From assembly GCA_037442745.1 (NCBI GenBank), contig JBBIPP010000006.1, positions 734 through 64,733 of the forward strand: DNA of 64,000 bases, in the 5' to 3' direction. Of the stretch, positions 10,101 to 17,725 are shown one piece after another. The notes beneath the pieces were generated by a model. It had not been told where the DNA came from. It worked only from the letters and a program-made list of their open reading frames with translations, and did no database searches. Each line of letters opens with the position of its first letter. Position 1 is the first letter of the stretch. The translations under genes and the position numbers were made by a program. Origin of the DNA: an archaeon. GTDB taxonomy: Archaea; SpSt-1190; DYHY01.

Positions 10101-12216
10101 ACTCCGATATTGTGAATGTGTGGTTGCCTGTCCAGGCCCAGGGCGCAAGAATCTGGTCGCGGTCATATCCGTAATAGTCCAGCGCGTCCGTTTCATATGC
10201 AACGGCCTGGCCAGTTCCCGTTCCGGTTCCAATGTTCAGCCCATGTGTCTGGAGAGTAAGGGTGTTCGCGCTCCCGCCGTTCGCAACGCCCATCTTGTAA
10301 ACCATTATGTCGTTTCCGGCAGCGGTCGAGTGGTCGACTCCTATTACAAGCCTCCCTTGGGTCGGCTGGTCAACATCAATTCCGGTTCCGTATGTTGCTG
10401 ACAAGGTCCGAAGCCCTGTATTGATCATGCATCCCGCCCCGCAGTTGAGGCAAATCATCCCGGAGCATCTGACAACGCAGAGCTCGTTTGCTGCGCAGCT
10501 TCCGGCGGAAGCAGTTGTTGCGACAGCCATCCCCTTTACAATTTCAGTTGCCCCGTCTCCGTCAATATCCCCGACATAGAGCGCCCCAATAGGTTGCCTT
10601 GAATCGTGGTTTGTTGAATATGTTGGCTTGCACACCCCCCCAGTGCAGTTCCAGACCTGGAATTCGTTGTAGTTCGCTGTTGTCGAGGCGGAAGTCCCGG
10701 TTGCAACGAGTTCGTTCGCCCCGTCGTCGTTAATGTCCGCGATTTTCAGGTTGAGGATTCCGGTGTAATAGTTGACTGACATGTCAGTCTCAAAGCATTT
10801 CTTCGTGTCGTTTCCGTATTTCGCGGAAATCCCTGTTATCCCTTGGGCAAGGGCAATTGTCGGGCCGGTTGGGGGGTAGTAGACTGCTAGGTCAGTCCAA
10901 GTCCCGTAACGGGGCATTGTTGTCGGGTCACGGGCCCATGTTCCGGTTCCGCCCCCGGTCCATACATAAGAGTCAAGGGTTGGGGATCCAAGAATAGCTT
11001 TAGCATAGCTTCCGTTGAAGAACCTGACCCTTGAAATTGCGGTTGAGGCGGGAATTGTGTCAACTGCCCAGGAAGACCCGTCCCATCTGAGAAGCTGGCC
11101 AGTCGAGGTTCCGGCGAACGCGAACGACGCGTTCCAGATGTCAATTGAGTTAATTGTTGCAGTTGTCGGGCTTGTTGCTGTCGACCAAGTTGCCCCGTTC
11201 CAGAAGGCAAGGTTTCCTCCGGATCCTCCCGCCCAGCCATATGTGGAATTGATCATTGAGACAGTGTAGAATGTGGCGTTAGGAGTTGTCTGGGTTGACC
11301 ATTGCGTCCCGTTCCATATCCAGATGTTGGTCGTCGCTGCGACAGTGTTCACTGCTGCGAAAGCAAGTGTCGAATTCAGGACGAAAATCCTGTTGACCTG
11401 CGTTGCCCCGGGCCGAAGGACCTTTGTCCAGACGTTCGGAGTCCCGTTCCAGTATGCCATGAAGCCGAACACTCCCCCCGCCATGCAAAAGTTCTCTCCC
11501 GATTTCGCGCAATCGACGTCAAGTGTGTTGTTTGTTGTTGAAAGAAGTTCCCTTTGCCAGACCCCTCCGTCCCACCGGTAGCCGATTCCTCCGTCCCCGA
11601 CAACAAAAGCCAAGTCCTGGTTGACGAATGAGGCTCCCCTGAAGTTGTAGGATGTGCCGTTGTTCGAGAGGTTCAGGCCGAACCACCCTGTCTCGTTAGT
11701 CCCGCACCTGAAAATGCGCAGTTCCGGCCGGTCGATTGCAGTCGATGCTATCGGTTGCCCTATGATCCACTCATAGCTCCCGTCCTCGGAGTTGTCAACG
11801 TTCCCGAAATCCATCTTGTCTCCCGACACAGCCCCTCCATAGGGGAGGTCGAAGGTCTTTTCCGGGACAAGGAAGCATCCGAGGGCGTCGCAGTTGTATG
11901 TCCTTACCTCATACTGCCCGACAGCTGCCGAAACGGCTGCCATTATGCTCGTGTCGTTCAAGCCGTCGGAATCAAGGTCAGCAACCTGGATCCCGTAGAC
12001 TGGGAGGGATATTTCTATTCCGAGAGTTGTGTTCTCGGTGCAGGCCGAGTTCTGGGCGCAGGAATCGAGGAAAATCACCTCTGGGCCGGATCGGGTGTTT
12101 GAGCCGAGAAGTATTTTTGTCGTCGAATTCGTTACGGGAATTAGGAAAAGAACGGCGAGGAAAACGAGGAGGAAAACCGCCCTACCTTTTTCCGAAAACG
12201 CTTTTCTGGATTTCAT
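7156..12216 (-). CDS. Giant secreted adhesin-like protein (FG-GAP/VCBS-like propeller, Trp-rich propeller, tandem Ig-like repeats)
   Basis: Signal peptide after ATG 12216; DxDxDG motifs (DLDSDGLND, DINDDGANE, DIDGDGATE); WxGxxW repeats; five LxTNE(S/T)G...NDxxGNWN repeats; many NxS/T sequons; no C-terminal TM. Confidence 0.8.
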   Translation of the reverse strand: MKSRKAFSEKGRAVFLLVFLAVLFLIPVTNSTTKILLGSNTRSGPEVIFLDSCAQNSACTENTTLGIEISLPVYGIQVADLDSDGLNDTSIMAAVSAAVGQYEVRTYNCDALGCFLVPEKTFDLPYGGAVSGDKMDFGNVDNSEDGSYEWIIGQPIASTAIDRPELRIFRCGTNETGWFGLNLSNNGTSYNFRGASFVNQDLAFVVGDGGIGYRWDGGVWQRELLSTTNNTLDVDCAKSGENFCMAGGVFGFMAYWNGTPNVWTKVLRPGATQVNRIFVLNSTLAFAAVNTVAATTNIWIWNGTQWSTQTTPNATFYTVSMINSTYGWAGGSGGNLAFWNGATWSTATSPTTATINSIDIWNASFAFAGTSTGQLLRWDGSSWAVDTIPASTAISRVRFFNGSYAKAILGSPTLDSYVWTGGGTGTWARDPTTMPRYGTWTDLAVYYPPTGPTIALAQGITGISAKYGNDTKKCFETDMSVNYYTGILNLKIADINDDGANELVATGTSASTTANYNEFQVWNCTGGVCKPTYSTNHDSRQPIGALYVGDIDGDGATEIVKGMAVATTASAGSCAANELCVVRCSGMICLNCGAGCMINTGLRTLSATYGTGIDVDQPTQGRLVIGVDHSTAAGNDIMVYKMGVANGGSANTLTLQTHGLNIGTGTGTGQAVAYETDALDYYGYDRDQILAPWAWTGNHTFTISECSGTSACNASSWFSAGVAAYVQKFRNAVDDSPYFITGPSDSGSDHSSPTTAGTNVTFTGTAKTKKGNSWNLVVCGNPDVRYGACESHQKAYCSGEDAPSGGISDCEFDTTGLFPGNHTWFAFACDSTTGECSNITETSGTNGKPFFVNYPPSAVSVNVEPPTPSTASDLLCYATLTDDFYSPITARVSWFKSGINQTALFQVSQLQNNTNSLASTVLSGNLSVGESWYCRVDPLDGFVEGANFSADPVFVADASPPIPTAVSSNVSTLEYGEAILLSSYWTDDAGLSANFLETNETGSILNYSSSELVLNPEWANYTWLNSSTYPDNTIRWRVWANDTSGNWAATGVQTFNVRDTTSPKYSDYGDNNSAPIVGETILLMAYWSENFNLSYAILETNETGTYQNKTMNYSSPMKINGTADWSNFTWRNASVQKDIQVSWRIWANDSKGNWNATPYKAFTVFSGVDLVPPKYYEVVDNSTGGEATFGQEVFLGARWQDNIGLGYGILETNESGTYRNQTAGDYGSPYYLSGVNTWSNFTWLNASSPIGMTIRWRVWANDSGDNWNATPYSTFRLVDNLEPSPLEQGTNKPNPDMGETIAIYSYWSDNYQLSSAKLETNESGTAANYSSMFFFGNPAWANFSWSNSVLPAGTEVVFRVWANDTEGNWNVTAPFSIILVDSSIPSVANQGINSSRGYLGDALLLSSQGYDLALDYAVLSTNESGSWFNYTLSYDPIHLGSSGIWTWSNFTWMNASFSGDLYWQVWYNDTSGNWNVTPALSLTIYDPSATSEKPSVSSCGTVYYRTLLFNSTDDPISADLTMRLLSPTLQIQTTQNIPDTSLPSGSYCGNFLLPYSPARGKWWLKATSSGVIGKRTFVSSTGNPNIWRIDLFLNSSTYYSSENLTANFTIYNLYGEGVPSLANEENMSVFINSTKILVGNVTDRGSGRYNITYPLSGFSPEGNYIEILANSSGGTTVSKREGFLVV
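7770..9370 (-). repeat. Five tandem ~100-110 aa Ig-like domain repeats inside the adhesin
   Basis: Recurrent protein motif. Exact DNA copies at 8432-8460 = 9092-9120 (29 nt) and 8242-8265 = 8566-8589 (24 nt). Confidence 0.85.
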
Positions 12217-12907
12217 AGAGATCCTCCTTTCTCTCCAGCTCCCATCTTTCCTCGGCTGATTTTTTTCTCCCGGGTTTTGTCGCAAGAAAAACAATGCCAA
12301 TAAGAAGAATGAGCCCGAGTCCAAGCAGGGAAAATAGGGCGCCTTGCCTCAGCCTCCTTTCAGGCGAATAGTTAGCAAGGCCTGAAACCGAATATATTTC
12401 CCCGTCAGTTGCGTTCAGGAGAATTGCGCCCGGCCCGTCCTCTTGGAATTCTATTCCTGAAATTGAAAGGGTTTTTCGCCCGCTTCCCGATGTTATCAGG
12501 GAGACAATCGGCCCCTCGAAGGCAGCCTCTGCGGAGTTTCCGGAAACAAATATTGGGTTCTCATAGGAAACTTCGCCCGTCTCGCTTGAGAACTGGGCAA
12601 TTGTAACAGTCAGGTTTTCTCCTGAGAAGTCAATTCCGAGGGAATTATTAACCCCTGAGAGGAATGTTGCGGTCTCTGACTTTAGGGAGAATCGGGAGTT
12701 CCCAGAAAAAACAATTTTTTCCGAGGAAAAAAGGATTCCCGAGAAATTTTTGAAAGCAATTTCTCCCCCATTAGGGAAATAATCAACGTTCTCCAAATCG
12801 GGCTCGGTTCTGATGAACCAGTCTGATGAGATTGCTGGCAGAAGAAGAAGAAGAAGAAGAAGAAGAGCGACCAGAATTGCCGGGAAAATTCTCCTAGCAG
12901 GCGCCAA
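12182..12907 (-). CDS. Membrane-anchored protein of pilus operon
   Basis: Poly-Leu signal peptide, C-terminal TM helix and charged tail, overlaps both neighbours. Confidence 0.65.
   Translation of the reverse strand: MAPARRIFPAILVALLLLLLLLLPAISSDWFIRTEPDLENVDYFPNGGEIAFKNFSGILFSSEKIVFSGNSRFSLKSETATFLSGVNNSLGIDFSGENLTVTIAQFSSETGEVSYENPIFVSGNSAEAAFEGPIVSLITSGSGRKTLSISGIEFQEDGPGAILLNATDGEIYSVSGLANYSPERRLRQGALFSLLGLGLILLIGIVFLATKPGRKKSAEERWELERKEDLYEIQKSVFGKR
12841..12864. repeat. (GAA)8 microsatellite encoding poly-Leu in a signal peptide
   Basis: Eight perfect GAA units read directly. Confidence 0.9.
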
Positions 12908-13979
12908 CTGAGAAGAATGCCCCCCTCATTGAATTCGAGCTTATTGGGTCAGTTAAATTGACTGAATATTCCCCTGCTGTAAGGCCTGCCGGGCTCCAGA
13001 CAACTGAAACCCCTCCTGTGGAATTTACAACAGCCGTTCCTGAAGCAATTTGCCCAGTTGAATTGTGAATTCCGTAATTTAGCGTTGCTCCAATTGGCCA
13101 CCCTTCCCCGTATATTGTTGTGTTCTCGGGCCCCTCGAAAATCAGTTTTTCAGTCGAGCAGGAAGCTTCCTTGAAAGTTTCTACAACAATATAAGAGACG
13201 TTCGCAGTCCCGCTTCCAGAACCGGACGCTCCCGGAATATGGACAGTCAAAGGTATTGAATATTTCTCCCCTCCTGCGGACAGGTCAAGGATTCCGGAAA
13301 AAGTGCCTATTGCGTTGAAGGAGGAGTTTATTTCAAACGTCAGGTTTTTCCCATCCCCTGATGCAAGAGGGAACTCGAGAAAAGTAAAGTTCTCAAAAGT
13401 CACATCAGCTTCGTTCCAAGAGAGAGTTCCGGAAACTGAAAGTGGGTTCTGCCCGAAATTGACAATTGAAATATTCCTATTGACTGAGGAATCCGCCTGC
13501 ATCTCAACATATAGCGCTGTCGGAGAAATCTTGAGGATTGATGTCCCGACGCCGACAGTTCCCTCATATGATGTAACTGTCAGGTAATAGGAACCTGGCG
13601 CAATTGGCCAGCTCCCGAAAACCGTCCCCTCCGTCCTTGCCGAGACGTCCGTATATCCCCCGGGGACCCGGAGGGACAAAAGAAGGGTTTTTCCGGAAAT
13701 TGAGGAGCGGGTGAAATTCGTCCCATCTGGAATTGTCACATAAACTTTCCTTGTTGAATTGACTCCTTCCGAATATACTGTGTCTGCCGCCTTTGCCAAA
13801 ATCTCAACAGTCTCCTTTGCTTCCGCAAGGGCAAGAGAAGTCCTTGTTTCGGCAAGCTTGTCTTGGGATAGGGCAAAGAATGAGAGAAGGGCCGAAAGCC
13901 CGATTGCAACAATTACAATGAGTTCGACTGACGATTGTCCCTTTCGTTTCGGAAGAGAATTCAAGCCGGATTGCCCCAT
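12894..13979 (-). CDS. Large pilin-like protein (class III signal peptide plus Ig-like domains)
   Basis: KRKG|QSSVELIVIVAI; first gene of the pilus operon. Confidence 0.8.
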   Translation of the reverse strand: MGQSGLNSLPKRKGQSSVELIVIVAIGLSALLSFFALSQDKLAETRTSLALAEAKETVEILAKAADTVYSEGVNSTRKVYVTIPDGTNFTRSSISGKTLLLSLRVPGGYTDVSARTEGTVFGSWPIAPGSYYLTVTSYEGTVGVGTSILKISPTALYVEMQADSSVNRNISIVNFGQNPLSVSGTLSWNEADVTFENFTFLEFPLASGDGKNLTFEINSSFNAIGTFSGILDLSAGGEKYSIPLTVHIPGASGSGSGTANVSYIVVETFKEASCSTEKLIFEGPENTTIYGEGWPIGATLNYGIHNSTGQIASGTAVVNSTGGVSVVWSPAGLTAGEYSVNLTDPISSNSMRGAFFSVGAC

Positions 13980-14150
13980 TATTGGCTATTTTGAGAGCTG
14001 GGCTCTTTAATATTGATTTTGGTTTCTTTTTTTGGGTTTGTTGAGAAGAATATTACGAGCGATTTTCTTGAAAAATGATACGACAATAGGCTATTTTCAC
14101 ATTACTTTCTGCCGAAAGGAATTAATAGGAACATTTTCGTCTTTCAAATT

Positions 14151-15305
14151 GTGGCAATGCAGAGGAATAAACAGTCTCCCAGTTTCAGGGAGCTCCCAAT
14201 CGAAAAGAAGAGGGCGCTGATTTCAAGGGTTGCCGGCCTGTCAAAGAAGGAGAAGCTCGCCATTTCCGGAAAATTCCCTTTTTCAGAAATCGAGTACCTC
14301 TCCGAGAACGTTTTCGCATTCTTTCCACTGCCCCTCTCAGTTGCCGAGAATTTCAGGGTGAATGGGAAAAACTATCTCGTTCCAATGGCAATTGAGGAGC
14401 CGAGCGTTGTTGCCGGGGCTAGTTTCGGGGCTAAGCTTTCCCTCCCGGAAGGTTTCTCTGCTTCGGGCGGAGAGGGGATTGTTGTTGGCCAGATGCAAGT
14501 TCTCGATTGCCATGAAGGGAGTCTCCTTGAGAAAAAGGAGGAAATTCTTTCCCTTGCAAATTCGATTGACCAAAGGTTTGCGAGAAGGGGCGGAGGAGCA
14601 AAATTCCTCAGGACAAGACGGGCCGGAAAATGTTTCGTTCTTGAAATAGGTTTCGGCTCCGGGAACGCAATGGGAGCGAACGCAATAAACACGATTTGCG
14701 AGGCAATTGCCCCGAGAGTTGAGGAAATTTCGGGGGGACGGATAATTGGGAAAATAATAACGAATTTCGCTCCCGAACGCCTTGTGAAAGCTTCGGCCGA
14801 GTGGGACAAGGGGATTCTCTACGAGAGCTTCCCAGATAGTGTTTATTCTCCAGACGAAATTGTCTGGAGGATTCTCGCGCTCTCAGATTTCGCAGAGGCG
14901 GACAGCGCCCGAGCGGTAACGAACAACAAGGGGATAATGAACGGGGTCTCAGCTCTCGCGGTCGCTACCGGAAACGACTGGCGGGCTCAGGAGGCTGGTG
15001 CCCACTCTTTCGCGTCAATTGGCGGAAAATATTCCCCTCTTGCAAAATATTCTCGGACTAGAAGCGGGATTTTTGGGGAAATTGAAATCCCGATTCAGAT
15101 GGGAATTGTCGGGGTTCCCTTGAGAAACCCCTTGGCAAGGGTTTCCTTGAAAATCTTGAAAGTGAAGAGCGCAAGGGAGCTCTCATTGATAGCAGCATCC
15201 CTCGGACTGGCCCAGAATTTCGCGGCACTGCGGGTTCTTGCAACTGAAGGGATACAGAGAGGTCATATGGAGCTTGCGAAAAGGTGGGCGAAAAATTGTG
15301 AATAA
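14151..15305 (+). CDS. mvaA: HMG-CoA reductase, class II
   Basis: ENV, PMAIEEPSVVA, NAMGAN, NNKGIMNG, TGNDWRA, GLAQNFAALR, EGIQRGHM motifs. Confidence 0.92.
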   Translation: MAMQRNKQSPSFRELPIEKKRALISRVAGLSKKEKLAISGKFPFSEIEYLSENVFAFFPLPLSVAENFRVNGKNYLVPMAIEEPSVVAGASFGAKLSLPEGFSASGGEGIVVGQMQVLDCHEGSLLEKKEEILSLANSIDQRFARRGGGAKFLRTRRAGKCFVLEIGFGSGNAMGANAINTICEAIAPRVEEISGGRIIGKIITNFAPERLVKASAEWDKGILYESFPDSVYSPDEIVWRILALSDFAEADSARAVTNNKGIMNGVSALAVATGNDWRAQEAGAHSFASIGGKYSPLAKYSRTRSGIFGEIEIPIQMGIVGVPLRNPLARVSLKILKVKSARELSLIAASLGLAQNFAALRVLATEGIQRGHMELAKRWAKNCE

Positions 15306-16299
15306 GGACTCGACAGGAATTGTCTCCTTTGGTACATATGTCCCAAGATTCAGGATACGGGCAGGGGAGATTTCCAAGGTCTGGACAGGGCGCGAAATAA
15401 AAGAATTCATGGGAGTAAGGGCGAAATCAGTCTCGGCTCTCGGGGAGGACTCGACAACAATTGGATTTGAGGCATCCAGGATTGCAGTCAGAAACCCTTC
15501 GGAAATAGACGCAGTTTTCTTCGGAAGCGAATCCAAGGCATATTCAGTCAAGAACACTGCTGGAATTATTTCGAACTTCCTCGGAATCCCCGAGCGTAAG
15601 TTCTCAGGGGATATTGAGTTCGCCTGCAAAGCGGGGACAACTGCAATGCAGGTTTCCCTCGCTCTTGTCCGTTCTGGTATGGCAAGGAACGCTCTTGCAA
15701 TAGGCTCGGATTGCGCACAAAGTAAGCCGGGTGACTCCCTAGAATACACTGCAGGGTGCGGGGCTGTCGCTTTTGTCCTTGGGAAGAAGGACCTTGTTGC
15801 GGAAATCGAGCACACAGTCTCTTTTTCGACCGACACATCCGACTTTTGGAGAGCGTCGGGAGAGAGGTTCCCGGAGCATTCTGGCAGGTTCACTGGAGAG
15901 CCCGGATATTTCAGGCATATTCTTCAGGCAGCAAAGCTCCTCTTCCTGGAAACTAATACTACTCAAATTGACTATTCCCATCTCTGCCTCCACCAGCCGA
16001 ACGCTGTTTTCCCGAAAAAAGCTGCAAAGCTCCTAGGAATTCCCGAGGAAAAGCTCTCGGCAGGGCTTTTTTCCCGGGAAATCGGAAACATCTACTCGGC
16101 GGGAACAATGCTCTCGCTCGCAATGACTCTCTCCGTTGCGAAAAAGGGAGAAAGAATCCTCGCAGTCTCCTATGGGTCGGGCGCCGGAAGCGATGCGTTC
16201 TCCCTCAAGGTCCTGAAGAACGGACCGGGCGCGCTTGATTTCGGCAAGGGGGTTGAATTGAGCTACGGAGAATATCTCAGGAACAGGGGGCTAATCTAG
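15298..16299 (+). CDS. HMG-CoA synthase, archaeal type
   Basis: GSES, EFACKAGT (catalytic Cys), RFTGEPGYF, HQPN, IGNIYS, SYGSGAGSD. GTG start 15298 overlaps the mvaA stop. Confidence 0.93.
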   Translation: MNKDSTGIVSFGTYVPRFRIRAGEISKVWTGREIKEFMGVRAKSVSALGEDSTTIGFEASRIAVRNPSEIDAVFFGSESKAYSVKNTAGIISNFLGIPERKFSGDIEFACKAGTTAMQVSLALVRSGMARNALAIGSDCAQSKPGDSLEYTAGCGAVAFVLGKKDLVAEIEHTVSFSTDTSDFWRASGERFPEHSGRFTGEPGYFRHILQAAKLLFLETNTTQIDYSHLCLHQPNAVFPKKAAKLLGIPEEKLSAGLFSREIGNIYSAGTMLSLAMTLSVAKKGERILAVSYGSGAGSDAFSLKVLKNGPGALDFGKGVELSYGEYLRNRGLI

Positions 16300-16300
16300 A

Positions 16301-17455
16301 ATGGCGGAAAACCGGGTTTTCGTTCTTGGCGCCGGAAGCTCGAAATTCGGCGAAAGATGGGATTTTTCCGCCGAAAGCCTTCTGAAGGAAGCGCTCGCCA
16401 ATTCCGGATTCTCAGGCGCCCCTGACTCTCTGATTGTCTCCTCAATGGCTTCCGGGGAATTCATTTCCCAGGAACACGTTGGGGCTTTTGCGCGAAATGC
16501 CCTCGGATTTCCGGAAATCCCCTCCCTCCGTGTGGAGGCCGCATGCGCCTCGGGCGGAGTCGCCTCAAGAGTCGGCTATCTCTCAGTCAAGAGTTCGGAG
16601 AGCCGGGTCTGCGCAGTTGCCGGATTTGAGAAAATGACTGACATTGGGGCGGATAGCGCGGAACGCACGCTGTCCCTTGCATCCGATTTTGAAAACGAGG
16701 GCCGTCTTGGAGCGACTTTTCCCTCCCTATATGCCCTGATTGCTAGGGCGCACATTTCCAAATTCGGGACAACTGATGAGGAGTTGGCGTCAGTATCTGT
16801 CAAGAACCACAGGAACGCAATGAAAAACCCATTTGCCCATTTCAGAAAGGAGATAACAATTGAGGAGGTGCTTTCAAGCCCGGTTGTCGCAGACCCGTTA
16901 AAAGTCCTTGACTGCGCGCCAGTCTCAGACGGAGCCTCAATAATATTCCTTGGAAACGAGTCCGCCGCAAAGGAGTTCTCAGAGAGCCCTGTCGAGATTC
17001 TGGCGTTCGAGCAGGGGTCGGACACACTTTCCCTCGGGAAAAGGACGGACCTCACAGGCTTCCGTTCAACTAAAACTGCCGGAAAGAGGGCTTTTGAAAG
17101 GTCGGGAATTCCAAAGGGAAAAATTGATATTGTCGAATGCCACGACTGTTTCACAATTGCCGAGCTTTTGGCTCTTGAGGATTTGGGATTCTTCGGGAAA
17201 GGTCTTTCCGGGAGGGCGACTCTTTCAGGAGACACCTCTGTTTCAGGATTGCTTCCGGTCAATCCTTCAGGAGGCCTTAAAGCAAAGGGGCACCCTGTCG
17301 GAGCTACCGGAGTCTCCCAGATTGCGGAATGCTTCCGACAGCTTTCGGGAACTTCTGGAAACCAGGTGAATGGGGCGAAAACTGCCCTTGTCCACAACGT
17401 CGGGGGAGCTGGAGCGACAGCAACTGTAGCAATAATGAAGGGAGGAGCGCCCTAG
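16301..17455 (+). CDS. Acetoacetyl-CoA thiolase, archaeal type
   Basis: EAACASGG, HDCFT, NPSGGLKAKGHPVGATG, HNVGG. Confidence 0.93.
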   Translation: MAENRVFVLGAGSSKFGERWDFSAESLLKEALANSGFSGAPDSLIVSSMASGEFISQEHVGAFARNALGFPEIPSLRVEAACASGGVASRVGYLSVKSSESRVCAVAGFEKMTDIGADSAERTLSLASDFENEGRLGATFPSLYALIARAHISKFGTTDEELASVSVKNHRNAMKNPFAHFRKEITIEEVLSSPVVADPLKVLDCAPVSDGASIIFLGNESAAKEFSESPVEILAFEQGSDTLSLGKRTDLTGFRSTKTAGKRAFERSGIPKGKIDIVECHDCFTIAELLALEDLGFFGKGLSGRATLSGDTSVSGLLPVNPSGGLKAKGHPVGATGVSQIAECFRQLSGTSGNQVNGAKTALVHNVGGAGATATVAIMKGGAP

Positions 17456-17458
17456 GAA

Positions 17459-17725
17459 ATGTGCGCCAGAAACTCTTCTCCAAAGGCCTTCCGGAGGGCG
17501 AAAACTGAATTCGGGAGAATCCCTCCCTCTGGAAAAATCGCCTCTTTTACCGAGAGCAAGGAGGGGTTTTCCGGGTTAATTGATGTCGGGAGGGCAGGGG
17601 AGCTTATTTTCGGGAAAATACTCTCGTCCGGAAAGCCTTCAATAGGGGACAAGGTGCGCCCCGTTCTCAGAATTGTCTCGAAAAGCCCGCCAATAGAATA
17701 CGGGTTCTCATGGGAGATTGAGTAG
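17459..17725 (+). CDS. DUF35/OB-fold scaffold homolog lacking the Zn ribbon
   Basis: Directly after thiolase; GKIASFT, IGDKVRPVLR and IEYGF resemble the DUF35 OB domain; no CxxC pairs. Confidence 0.65.
   Translation: MCARNSSPKAFRRAKTEFGRIPPSGKIASFTESKEGFSGLIDVGRAGELIFGKILSSGKPSIGDKVRPVLRIVSKSPPIEYGFSWEIE

Noticed and set aside
1-13979. Locus as an archaellum operon
   Set aside because: No archaellin-type sequences or ArlF/G/H, and two separate TadB/C-like genes indicate a pilus
16576-17397. Long antisense ORFs (also 52096..52947, 27961..28659, 4661..5314)
   Set aside because: Antisense shadows of well-supported genes
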